Positions 31,861 through 41,001 of a stretch of 64,000 nucleotides of DNA are shown here, one piece after another (within the stretch, counting starts at the first letter, position 1; every line of letters begins with the position of its first letter). The translations under genes and the position numbers were made by a program. Under the pieces are notes generated by a model that worked only from the letters and a program-made list of their open reading frames with translations, had not been told where the DNA came from and did not search any database. Source of the DNA: an uncultured Campylobacter sp. (GTDB lineage: Bacteria; Campylobacterota; Campylobacteria; Campylobacterales; Campylobacteraceae); assembly GCA_963529625.1 (NCBI GenBank), contig CAURZM010000007.1, forward strand, positions 25,715 through 89,714, in the 5' to 3' direction.

Positions 31861-32902
31861 ACTACAAAAGCGGCATCAAGAGCCAAAGCAGAGCTCGGAA
31901 CAAAATTCTAACGATGAAAATTTTAAAGCCCCGAATTCTGAAACCAAAAATTTCAGAGTCTCAAATTTTGAAGTTTCGAATTCTGAATTCCTGAATTTTA
32001 AATCCCAGAATTCCAAAGTCTCAAATTATAAATTCTTGAATTATAAATCTTCAAATTTCGAAGTTTCAAATTCTGAAACCAAAAAATCCGATCCTAGCGC
32101 TTTAAATTTAAAAGCCGAAGCGGATCAGAATTCCGCCTGCGAAAACAGCGCAGAGCAGCAAAATTTTATCTTGGATGGCAGCGGCGCCTTATCGCAGAAT
32201 TCTAAAGCTAGGGATTACGATAACGGGCCGATAATAATCAAAAATTATGAAAGATTTTTTGTATATTCGTTTTTAGTCCTATTATTGCCGATCTCTACGC
32301 TACATGCATTTTTAATTATAGATTTTATAAATCATGAAGATATTGATATAGTTCAGTATTTCGCTATTTTATTCATTATTTTACTATCTACAGTTATAAT
32401 ATCCATATTTACCGTAATCCGCCCTAGACAAGAGATAAAATTCACAAACAATTATATAGAATTTATTAGCGACGACTTAGTTGAAAAACGCTGCAAAATT
32501 GACGAAAACGCTTTATCTTTAAATTTCTCTATCGGAATTTTGGCAAGTTTATATGAGATAGGAAAATCTGAAAAGATATTTTTGTACTTTATCGCTATTT
32601 TTATATGCGTAATATGGTGGGATATATTTTTTATAGCAGTATTTTTTACATATTTATTCGGATTTTTATTAAATTTAATACTTTATCTGTTTATAAATAG
32701 GAATTTAAAAGGGTTTAGGGCTCTGCCATTTATTAGGATCGCACGCCCCTCATATGGCAGATGGTTTAGGAACAAGCCCGTTTATCCAAGATATTATCTC
32801 GTTTACGTCTATAATAAAAAAATTTATGATGAAATTAAAGAATATTTTTTGCTGAAAAACGTAAATATAAATAACGTTAAGAAAGATTACTTGTTTATCT
32901 AA
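31826..32902 (+). CDS. RDYDK-family variable membrane protein, copy B (leader with pentapeptide expansion)
   Basis: MDQSRLEELRKLLQKRHQEPK leader, RDYDNGPIIIKNY anchor and TM helices; AT-rich 3' part. Confidence 0.82.
   Translation: MDQSRLEELRKLLQKRHQEPKQSSEQNSNDENFKAPNSETKNFRVSNFEVSNSEFLNFKSQNSKVSNYKFLNYKSSNFEVSNSETKKSDPSALNLKAEADQNSACENSAEQQNFILDGSGALSQNSKARDYDNGPIIIKNYERFFVYSFLVLLLPISTLHAFLIIDFINHEDIDIVQYFAILFIILLSTVIISIFTVIRPRQEIKFTNNYIEFISDDLVEKRCKIDENALSLNFSIGILASLYEIGKSEKIFLYFIAIFICVIWWDIFFIAVFFTYLFGFLLNLILYLFINRNLKGFRALPFIRIARPSYGRWFRNKPVYPRYYLVYVYNKKIYDEIKEYFLLKNVNINNVKKDYLFI
31934..32085 (+). repeat. In-frame 15-bp-period tandem repeat (135-bp expansion)
   Basis: AATTCTGAAACCAAAAA at 31934 and 32069 (135 bp = 9 x 15). 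Encodes SNFEV/SNSEF/LNFKS/QNSKV/SNYKF units and is absent from copy A. Confidence 0.85.
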
Positions 32903-33025
32903 TGAGGAGGATAAAATGACGAAGGAAGAGGTCGCGAAGAAAGAGTCAGACAACGCGTATAAAAGGTTTTCATCAAATTAAGTTATTATAAATTTAGATC
33001 TATTTTTTAAAAGGTGCTTGAAATA

Positions 33026-33770
33026 ATGGAAAATTATAATGAACAAAAAGCCAGAGACTACGACAAAGAGCCGATAATAGTAAAAAATTATGAGAGGCTG
33101 CTAATATCTACAATTACGTTTTTATATATGCCTATGATTTTGGGCGGATATATTCTAAGCATATGGGATTTAATTTTTTTCAAAACACCATATATCGATG
33201 ATGGAAATAGGCTCTAGCGTTATATTTGGAATTTTTATAGCGATAGTATTGAGACTTATTTATAGCTGCTGCGTAAGCAATAATAATCGAAAAATCTACT
33301 TTATGAATAATTCTATAGATTTCTATAACAATGGCGAGCCTGAGAGAAGGACGAACAATATTCATTTAAATGATGTGATAGGCAGACCATTTTGGGGATA
33401 TTGCAACGACGATAAAGTTCGTCGCCTCATTTATAATATTATTATAATTTTTTCTATTGCAGCCCTATCGTTTCTATCATCGCAAATTTTATTATTCTTC
33501 ATTTTTTCAATACTTTCTGCAATCTTTTTGAAAATATTTTTTCACTTTTTAATTGTAGGCAATTTTAAGAATTTTTCATTCTTTTCTGCAATCATAGTGG
33601 ATTATCCGTACTATGAGCAGGAAAATACTTATTATTTAAGCTCTATTTTATCGGCAAAAAATTATTTAGTTTGCGTATATGATACAGAAAGGCTAAACGA
33701 AATAAAAGAATGGTTTTTAGTTCGAAAAAATATCAATATAGATAAAATAGAAAAATATTATCTTAGCTAA
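33026..33770 (+). pseudogene. RDYDK-family copy C, frameshifted at or near the T7 tract at 33174-33180
   Basis: The 5' ORF (RDYDKEPIIVKNY) ends at 33217 and the 3' ORF at 33198-33770 is in another frame. Deleting one base restores WDLIFSKHHISMMEIG. Confidence 0.78.
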
Positions 33771-33781
33771 AGCGGGCGGTT

Positions 33782-34501
33782 ATGGATACAAGAAACAAAG
33801 AGATTGGGTTTAGAGATTACGACAAAAATCCGATAGTCGTAAAAAAGATGGACGATCTGTTTTGGCTGATAGCTCTTGGAATTTTGTTAATTTGTTCTTT
33901 GACCTATCATTTTAGCAGTGAGTATAAATTTAGGTTTTATATGAAAATATTGCTAGGTTATGGCACCGCATTTTTCTTTATATACGCAGCGAGCTTTATA
34001 AATAGCAAAAAAACGATAACCTTTATGAAGGACAAAATAGAATTTAAAAATAAAACAAAATGCGAAAAAGAGATGGCGTTAAAAAATATCTCCGTTTACA
34101 GATATGCTTATATGATTCCCAATTTTGCGCCCTTTGATGTGAAAATTAAATTTTCTGTTTTAGTTTTATTTATAATGATCGTCGTGGCATTATACAACTT
34201 TAAATTTTATATGTTTATTTTTATAATTATGGGCTTGTCGCTTATGCCTATTATTAAATTTCTCTACTATATTCTGTTTGAGAAAACCGTTAGGTTCTTG
34301 CTTTGTGATAAATTATTGATATGCAATGGCTCCGATTCCGAAGTATTTACGATCAATAATAAAAATGAGCTTGGCGAGCTGCAAAAATATTTCTTGGATA
34401 CGCTAAATATAGATATTACAGAGGGATATTTATTTTGGAAACCGCCTTATAATATTGCAAAAATAATAGTGAATAAAATGAACAAATTTATGAAATTCTA
34501 A
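33782..34501 (+). CDS. RDYDK-family variable membrane protein, copy D
   Basis: RDYDKNPIVVKK anchor, TM helices and ELQKYFL near the C-terminus; AT-rich. Confidence 0.8.
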   Translation: MDTRNKEIGFRDYDKNPIVVKKMDDLFWLIALGILLICSLTYHFSSEYKFRFYMKILLGYGTAFFFIYAASFINSKKTITFMKDKIEFKNKTKCEKEMALKNISVYRYAYMIPNFAPFDVKIKFSVLVLFIMIVVALYNFKFYMFIFIIMGLSLMPIIKFLYYILFEKTVRFLLCDKLLICNGSDSEVFTINNKNELGELQKYFLDTLNIDITEGYLFWKPPYNIAKIIVNKMNKFMKF

Positions 34502-34662
34502 AAACAAAAGATAAGGTTTAAAAAATATATAAACGATACATAATTAGCGCACCGCTGGATAAACAATTTAATTCGCAGAATATTGATCTTTAATGAAAAA
34601 TAGAATTTAGAAAATTTAAATTTTAACGTTCCGCTTGAAATTTTGCCTTTAAAATTTACGCG

Positions 34663-35055
34663 CTAATCTTCGCCGCTTTCATATACGCCGAGCTCTACGA
34701 GATTGCCGTCAGGATCGCGCAGATAGATACTTTGCATAGCGCCGCGCGTGCCGTTGCGAGGTACGACGCCAAGCTCTATTTGTGCCCCTTTGCTTTCCAG
34801 CTCCGTTTTGAGCTGCTGTGCGCTTTGATCTTCGCAGATGAGGCAAAAGTCCGCCGAGCCCGTGCTAGGACGCGCCGCAAACGGCGCAAACTCGCCCGCG
34901 CGGGTGTGAATATTGATCTTTGAGGAGCCGAAACGCAGGCTGTGTTTGTCGCCCTCGCAAACATACTCTAGCCCTAAAATTCTTTCATAAAATTCCACGC
35001 ATTTTTGCAAATCGTCCGTAACTAGGACGAAGTGATCGATCTTTGCGATTTTCAT
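34663..35055 (-). CDS. VOC/glyoxalase family protein
   Basis: KIDHFVL...FYERILG...SIYLRDPDGNLVEL. Start MKIAKIDH follows AGGAGG. Confidence 0.9.
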   Translation of the reverse strand: MKIAKIDHFVLVTDDLQKCVEFYERILGLEYVCEGDKHSLRFGSSKINIHTRAGEFAPFAARPSTGSADFCLICEDQSAQQLKTELESKGAQIELGVVPRNGTRGAMQSIYLRDPDGNLVELGVYESGED

Positions 35056-35288
35056 TTTGCCTCCTTGCACGCTCGCAAGTCGCAAAATTTTTACGCCTCG
35101 CGGTGCAATCTTGGAATTCTGCCGTGGAATTTTGCGACAAAATTCCAAATGCTCGTAGCGAGAAATCAAAATTTCGCAACGTAAATTTTAAAATTCTAAA
35201 ATTTTGCTTAAGCAAAATATGGTGCAGCAAAACCTAATTTTAGTAAAATTTGACCCGACGAAATTCCGTCTAGCTAGCGCCGCAAATT

Positions 35289-36551
35289 CTAATCTCGCGA
35301 TTTCAAAACTAGCGATTTTAAAATTCTCTTGCCTACCTCGACGCCCGGCTGATCGTAAGTGCTGACGCCCAGTATCGCTCCAGTAGCGCTGGTTAGCAGC
35401 TCAAAGTAGTAAAATAGCTCGCCCACGCTCTGTTCACAAAGCCGCGAAACCTCGATAAGATCGACGCTGATGCCCTCATTTAGTACGGCTTGCAGCGTAG
35501 CATCGCATTGAAGATTTAGTACCTCATCCAGTCGCATGCCGTTTACGAAGTCGCAGCCTTCAAGGCCTTGCAGACTGATACCAGGTACCGCATCCGCAGT
35601 GCCGTTGTCCGTGAGCTTTAAGAAAGTCACGGTCTTATCCTTTACGCCGTCCATTATGAGCTGAAGGAAGCTGTGCTGATCGCGCGAGCCTACAAGCCCT
35701 ACAGGAGTAAGTCCCTCGCGGCTAAAGCCGATCTTTTTACCTAGGCTTTCCGCCCATAGCTGTACGTACCACTCGCCGAAGCCGCGCAGCGCGTCGCCAT
35801 AGCTAAAAAGGACGTTGATTTTCGCACTTTTGTGCGTGGCGTAGTGATGGGCTTTTCGTAGAATTTTATTCTCCGCGATTTTAGCGGGATCGCCTGCTAA
35901 AATTTCATCCAGATACCGCTCTTTTGCGGCGGCAGCTCCGCGTAGCATCGCGCTTGCATCAAGACCTAGCCCAACTGCGGGCACTAGCCCTACCGCACTT
36001 AACACGCTAAAACGGCCGCCTACGTTAGCGGGCATATTTATCACGCAGGCGCCGTGCTCGCGCGCGAAGATATCAAGTGGCGAGCCTGCATCAGTGATGA
36101 AGATGAAATTTTTTGCTAGCGCTTTTAAATTTGAAATTCCAAAACGCTGCAAAACGACCTTAAAAAGCGAGATCGTCTCGATCGTACTGCCCGATTTGGA
36201 GGATACGATGAAGATCGTGCTAGCAAAATTTAACCCTTCAAGCGCGCGGTTTACGCTGTGCCCGTCGAGATTATCCAAAATTTCAAAGCGCAAATTCTTT
36301 CTTACGCGCGGACGTAGTATCTCATAAAGCGCCCGCACGCCCACGCTGGAGCCGCCGATACCCAAAAGCACGATCTCGTCGTAGCTTCGCGCGCTAAAAA
36401 ATTCCTGCGCCTGCGCTATTTCGTTTGCGCCTTGCTGCGGCAGGTGGTAGTAGCCTATCTCTCCGCTTTCGTATTCGGCGCGGATCTTTGCCGCTACCTC
36501 CTCTAGTGCGCCCTCTTTTGCCAGCGGGAAAAACAGCTCATTTTTTACCAT
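35289..36551 (-). CDS. pgi: Glucose-6-phosphate isomerase
   Basis: GIGGS, SKSGSTIET, VGGRFSVLS, QLWAESLGK and DQPGVEVGK motifs. Confidence 0.96.
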   Translation of the reverse strand: MVKNELFFPLAKEGALEEVAAKIRAEYESGEIGYYHLPQQGANEIAQAQEFFSARSYDEIVLLGIGGSSVGVRALYEILRPRVRKNLRFEILDNLDGHSVNRALEGLNFASTIFIVSSKSGSTIETISLFKVVLQRFGISNLKALAKNFIFITDAGSPLDIFAREHGACVINMPANVGGRFSVLSAVGLVPAVGLGLDASAMLRGAAAAKERYLDEILAGDPAKIAENKILRKAHHYATHKSAKINVLFSYGDALRGFGEWYVQLWAESLGKKIGFSREGLTPVGLVGSRDQHSFLQLIMDGVKDKTVTFLKLTDNGTADAVPGISLQGLEGCDFVNGMRLDEVLNLQCDATLQAVLNEGISVDLIEVSRLCEQSVGELFYYFELLTSATGAILGVSTYDQPGVEVGKRILKSLVLKSRD

Positions 36552-37374
36552 CGCCGAATTCTCGCTCGTAGAAATATTTGATCGCCTCCACATAGCCTTT
36601 TACCGAGCCGCAGTCGAAGCGAGTGCCTTTAAATTTATACGCGATCACCACGCCGTTTTGAGCCTGTTTTAAAAGCGCGTCGGTGATCTGCACCTCGCCG
36701 TTTTTGCCCGGCGCCGTCTGCTCGATGAGATCGAAAATATTAGGCGTTAGGATGTAGCGTCCGATGATGGCTAGGCTCGACGGAGCCTCGCTAGGTTCAG
36801 GCTTTTCAATCATATCCGAGACCATTATCAGATCGTCGCTGATGCTTTTTCCTGCGATGATGCCGTATTTGTTTACGTCCTGCGGCGGCACCTCCATTAC
36901 TGCAACGACGCTGCAGCGGTATTTTTCGTAAATTTTAACCATCTGCGTAAGCACGCCCTCGCCGTTTTCGTTCACGCACAGATCGTCTGCGAGCACCACG
37001 CCGAAAGGCTCGTCGCGGATTAAAATTTTACCCGTATAAATCGCGTTGCCGAGCCCCTTCATCTGCTCTTGGCGCGTGAAAGAGAAGGTGCAGCGCTTCA
37101 TAAGCGCCCTGATCTCGTCGAGCAGATACTCCTTGCTGCTGCCTGAAATTTGATCCTCCAGCTCGTAACTGCGGTCGAAATAATCCTCCAGCGCGCGCTT
37201 GCCGCGACCCGTGACGAAAGCCATATTGTCCATGCCCGCCTCCAGCGCCTCGTCCACGCCGTAGTGAATGAGCGGCTTGGTAAGGATCGGAAGCATCTCT
37301 TTAGGTAGCGATTTGGTCGCGGGCAAAAAGCGCGTACCGTAGCCCGCCGCGGGAAATAAACAAGTCTGGATCAT
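36538..37374 (-). CDS. galU: UTP-glucose-1-phosphate uridylyltransferase
   Basis: FPAAGYGTRFLPATKSLPKEMLP and GEVQITDA motifs; start MIQTCL follows AAGGAG. Confidence 0.97.
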   Translation of the reverse strand: MIQTCLFPAAGYGTRFLPATKSLPKEMLPILTKPLIHYGVDEALEAGMDNMAFVTGRGKRALEDYFDRSYELEDQISGSSKEYLLDEIRALMKRCTFSFTRQEQMKGLGNAIYTGKILIRDEPFGVVLADDLCVNENGEGVLTQMVKIYEKYRCSVVAVMEVPPQDVNKYGIIAGKSISDDLIMVSDMIEKPEPSEAPSSLAIIGRYILTPNIFDLIEQTAPGKNGEVQITDALLKQAQNGVVIAYKFKGTRFDCGSVKGYVEAIKYFYEREFGDGKK

Positions 37375-37444
37375 GAAGCTCCTTTGATCTTTTTTTGAAC
37401 TTTTATTATAATGCAAAAAAGATAAAATTCCGCAAAGGAAAGCC

Positions 37445-38053
37445 TTGAAAACGATTGAAAAAGAGATCAGCGCCGCGCAGGAGATCAAAAAATCAAGCTT
37501 CATCGCCTATCTCGCGCCGATAGCGAGCTTTGAGGCGCTGCGTGCGCAGTTGCGGCAGCAGCATCCCAAGGCGCGGCATATCGTCTGGGCGTATCGCGCG
37601 CTGAACGAGCCCGGGCAGATCGTAGAAAACTCAAGCGACGACGGCGAGCCCAAATCGACCGCGGGCGCGCCGTGCCTAAACGCGCTTCGCGGCGCCAGTC
37701 TGATTAACGCCGCGGTGCTCGTGGTGCGCTACTTCGGCGGCATCAAGCTAGGCACTGGCGGGCTGGTGCGAGCATACGCCAGTAGCGCAAATGCCGTGAT
37801 AGACGCCGCTGCGGATGCCGCAGAGTTAGTGGAATTCGTGTTGCGTAAGAAGTGCGCGTTTTTCGTGCCGTTTGCAGCGGTGGCTAAATTTGAACATTTT
37901 TTAAAAAAATCGGGTTTTGTTTATGAAGCGAGCTTCGGTGCTGCAGGAGCGGAGTTTAGCGCAGAGCTTAGCGTGGAGGAATTTGAAAAATTTAAAGGCT
38001 TTGCAGACGCTCTCGCGCCGGCTCTTAAAATGCTGCACGAGCCGGAATTTTAA
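37445..38053 (+). CDS. yigZ: YigZ/IMPACT family protein
   Basis: IKKSSF, HIVWAY, SDDGEP and VVRYFGGIKLGTGGLVRAY motifs. Confidence 0.92.
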   Translation: MKTIEKEISAAQEIKKSSFIAYLAPIASFEALRAQLRQQHPKARHIVWAYRALNEPGQIVENSSDDGEPKSTAGAPCLNALRGASLINAAVLVVRYFGGIKLGTGGLVRAYASSANAVIDAAADAAELVEFVLRKKCAFFVPFAAVAKFEHFLKKSGFVYEASFGAAGAEFSAELSVEEFEKFKGFADALAPALKMLHEPEF

Positions 38054-38274
38054 AATTTCAAAATTCTATAAAATTTAAAAGCTCGTTTCGGCTAAATTTG
38101 AAAGCATAAGCGGATTTTGCATTTTATCGTAGCGGAATTTTAAAGCTAAAGTGAAATTTCATCGTGCGAAACATAAAATCCGATAAATTTTAAAATTTTC
38201 AAAATTCTGTCGTAATTTAGCTTGCAAAATTTCACGAAAATTCCGTCCGTAAATTTCAAAATCCCATAAAATTT

Positions 38275-39483
38275 TTAAAATTTCACGTGCTTCATCTTAG
38301 CTTCACGCACAGGCAGGCTTAGCAGAGCTGCAATAGCCGCTAGCGTCATATCCAAATACCACATATAATCATACGCGCCGTATGCCCGCACCGCAAGACC
38401 TCCGATATATGCGCCAAAAAATCCGCCGATTTGATGCGAAAGCATCGTAAATCCAAATAGGCTTGCTAAATATCGTGTCCCTAATAGCTTACCAACGGCA
38501 GCCGCAGTAGGCGGTACGGTCGCTAACCAGGTAAATCCTAATCCCACGCTGAAGATATAAAATGTAAGGCTATCTTTGGGCGAGAGCACATAAGCACCAA
38601 TAAGAGCGATACGCAGGGCATATATGCAAAATAAAATGACTTTACATCGCACTTTGGAAACACACCAACCTACGAATAAGCTGCCTACGATGTTAGCGAT
38701 ACCAATCAGTGCGAGCGAAAAGGACGCTACCTGCGCGCCATGCCCACTTAGTGCTACTTCGCTAGGCAGATGCGTCACTAAAAACGCTACGTGAAAACCG
38801 CACGTAGCAAAGCTTAAATTTATCAAAATATAGCTTTTATCGCGCAGCGCTAAACGCAGCACTTCGCCTAAGCTGCGCTTATCTTCTTCATGCAGGCTGG
38901 TCTGTTCGCCAAATAGAATTTTACCGCCTGCCAAAAGTCTCGCAAGCGGCAGAATTAGCAAGCTAAGCCCTGCGAGCGTAAAAAATGCGCCGCCGTATCC
39001 TAAAGCAGGCGTTGCGATACAAAACCCAATCATAGGCGCAAATAAAAACTGCCCGAACGAGCCGCCTGCATTTAGCACTCCGCTAGCAACCGAGCGGATA
39101 GAAAATGGCAGGCGTTTTGCCATTAGGCTCATTAGAATCGGAAAACTACCCGCGCCAAGCCCCAGTGCAAGCCCAAAGCCCATCGTTAATACAAGCGAGC
39201 TTTCACTACTAAATAACGGCACAAGAGCGCAGCTAATCGCCAGAAGCACGCTGCCCCAAAATAGCACGACGTAGGCACCGAGCTTGTCTGCAAGTATCCC
39301 GCTAAGCGGTTGCGAAAAGCCCCATACCAGCTGCGTAGTTGCCATCGCAAAGCTTACTTGCGCGATGGATAGGGAATTTGCTTGCATTATAGGCTGCACG
39401 AAAAGACCTAATGACATACGAATGCCCATCGTAATCATCAAAATAGCTGCGGCGCATAGGATCATTATCCAAACTGATTTCAT
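38275..39483 (-). CDS. MFS transporter
   Basis: About 12 TM helices; GILADKLG motif A, CGFH and HQIGGFFGA. Confidence 0.92.
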   Translation of the reverse strand: MKSVWIMILCAAAILMITMGIRMSLGLFVQPIMQANSLSIAQVSFAMATTQLVWGFSQPLSGILADKLGAYVVLFWGSVLLAISCALVPLFSSESSLVLTMGFGLALGLGAGSFPILMSLMAKRLPFSIRSVASGVLNAGGSFGQFLFAPMIGFCIATPALGYGGAFFTLAGLSLLILPLARLLAGGKILFGEQTSLHEEDKRSLGEVLRLALRDKSYILINLSFATCGFHVAFLVTHLPSEVALSGHGAQVASFSLALIGIANIVGSLFVGWCVSKVRCKVILFCIYALRIALIGAYVLSPKDSLTFYIFSVGLGFTWLATVPPTAAAVGKLLGTRYLASLFGFTMLSHQIGGFFGAYIGGLAVRAYGAYDYMWYLDMTLAAIAALLSLPVREAKMKHVKF

Positions 39484-39645
39484 ATATATTCCTTTTAAAA
39501 AATAGAATTATAGCATAAAAATCGCGAATATATCGAGATTTTATAGATATATTTAATTAATGTATTTTAGTATATTATTTATGTAAAAGGAATTTACCGA
39601 GCTTTAATGGGCTTTGCATTAAAATTCTCTTTTCAAGGAGAGGCA

Positions 39646-40017
39646 ATGATTTACGAAGATGAGATGATTTATGTGGAGCGCGAGGAGCACGAAGTGCCGT
39701 GGGTAAAGGTCTTTACGAAGGCGAAATTTAAAGAGCTTAGCGACTGCGACGAGGCGACGCTGGCGCATCTGTGGCGCGCCGTACTTCAGTGCGAAAAGAG
39801 CCTGCGGGAGTTTTATGCGCCCGATAAGATCAACATCGCAAGCTTCGCCAACTACGTGCCGCGCGTGCATTTTCACGTCCAAGCGCGCTTTAAAAACGAC
39901 AGCTTTTTCCCGGAGTCCGTCTGGGGAAAAAAGATGCGCAACGGCAAGCTAAATCTGCCGGAATTTAGCGAATTTGCAGAAATTTTAGCGGCAAATTTAA
40001 AGATGGAATTCAGATGA
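39646..40017 (+). CDS. HIT family protein
   Basis: PDKINIASFANYVPRVHFHV histidine-triad-like motif; AAGGAG RBS before ATG 39646. Confidence 0.88.
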   Translation: MIYEDEMIYVEREEHEVPWVKVFTKAKFKELSDCDEATLAHLWRAVLQCEKSLREFYAPDKINIASFANYVPRVHFHVQARFKNDSFFPESVWGKKMRNGKLNLPEFSEFAEILAANLKMEFR

Positions 40018-40832
40018 TAGGCGCGCGATCCAAAAAATACCTAAGCCTTTTCGCGCTTGCTTGTTGCGGCGCCACCTTTGCATTTTATCTGCGCTTTAAA
40101 AGCGAGGAAAATGAGATAAAAATCAAGCAGCAGTTCGATTTTAGCGCGAGCTTGTTTGAAAAGATCGTGGACGAAGAGAAGCTAAACGCCTTTGCGATCT
40201 CGCTGATTTTGTCGCAGAACAGCGACGTGGTGCGCTGTTTCGAGAGCGGCAAACACGGCGAGTGCATGGACGTGACGAAAAAATACAAAGACATCTTAAG
40301 CGCGGTGCCCTTTTACACGGGCGTGAAGATACATTTTCACACGCAAAACATCAGAAGTCTGGCTAGAAGCTGGAGCGACGAATTTTACAACGACGATCTG
40401 AGCTCGTTTCGCCATTCGCTTTTGCAGATCCGCCAGAGCTTGCTTCCAAAAGCGCTTGTGGAGATGGGGCGGTGCGGGGTTTTCATGCGCGGAATTTCGC
40501 CGGTTTTTAGCGACGGTAAATTTATCGGAAGCGCCGAGATAATGCTCGATTTCGAGCACGTCATCGCGCAGATCAACCGTATGGGAAACGATATTTTTAT
40601 CCTCGTAGATAAGAGGTTCGAGACCGACTGCTTCTATGATAAAATAGGCGTTATCAAGGACTTTATCGTCGTAAACAGCGCGCCGGATTACGACGTTTTG
40701 TCGATTTTGGCGACGCTTGATTTTGGGGCGCAGAGCTTTATCAAAAAGGACGGGCATTATTTTTACGTGCGGGCATTTTCGGACGAAAACGGCACGAAGC
40801 TGGGCTATATAATTCTGCACCGCGAAGGCTAG
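40014..40832 (+). CDS. Stand-alone Cache (dCache_3-like) sensor-domain protein
   Basis: One N-terminal TM helix; IHFHT...SLARSW...DDLSSFR...EMGRCG...RGISPV...IGSAE motif series. No output domain. Confidence 0.75.
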   Translation: MIGARSKKYLSLFALACCGATFAFYLRFKSEENEIKIKQQFDFSASLFEKIVDEEKLNAFAISLILSQNSDVVRCFESGKHGECMDVTKKYKDILSAVPFYTGVKIHFHTQNIRSLARSWSDEFYNDDLSSFRHSLLQIRQSLLPKALVEMGRCGVFMRGISPVFSDGKFIGSAEIMLDFEHVIAQINRMGNDIFILVDKRFETDCFYDKIGVIKDFIVVNSAPDYDVLSILATLDFGAQSFIKKDGHYFYVRAFSDENGTKLGYIILHREG

Positions 40833-41001
40833 CGGACGAATGGGCCAATCGTAAGCCTCATCAAAAGTGAAAATAACAGAAATATGATCGAAAGGTGACG
40901 TGCAAAATTTCTTGAGAAAGGCTAGAAATTTTAGGTTTAAGTAAATTTTTATAGTGATAGTTTTATAATCCGCGCTAAGGGATAGCAAGAAAAGGACTGA
41001 T

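Noticed and set aside
40296..40988. 230-aa minus-strand ORF
   Set aside because: It is an antisense shadow of the Cache-domain gene with no motifs.
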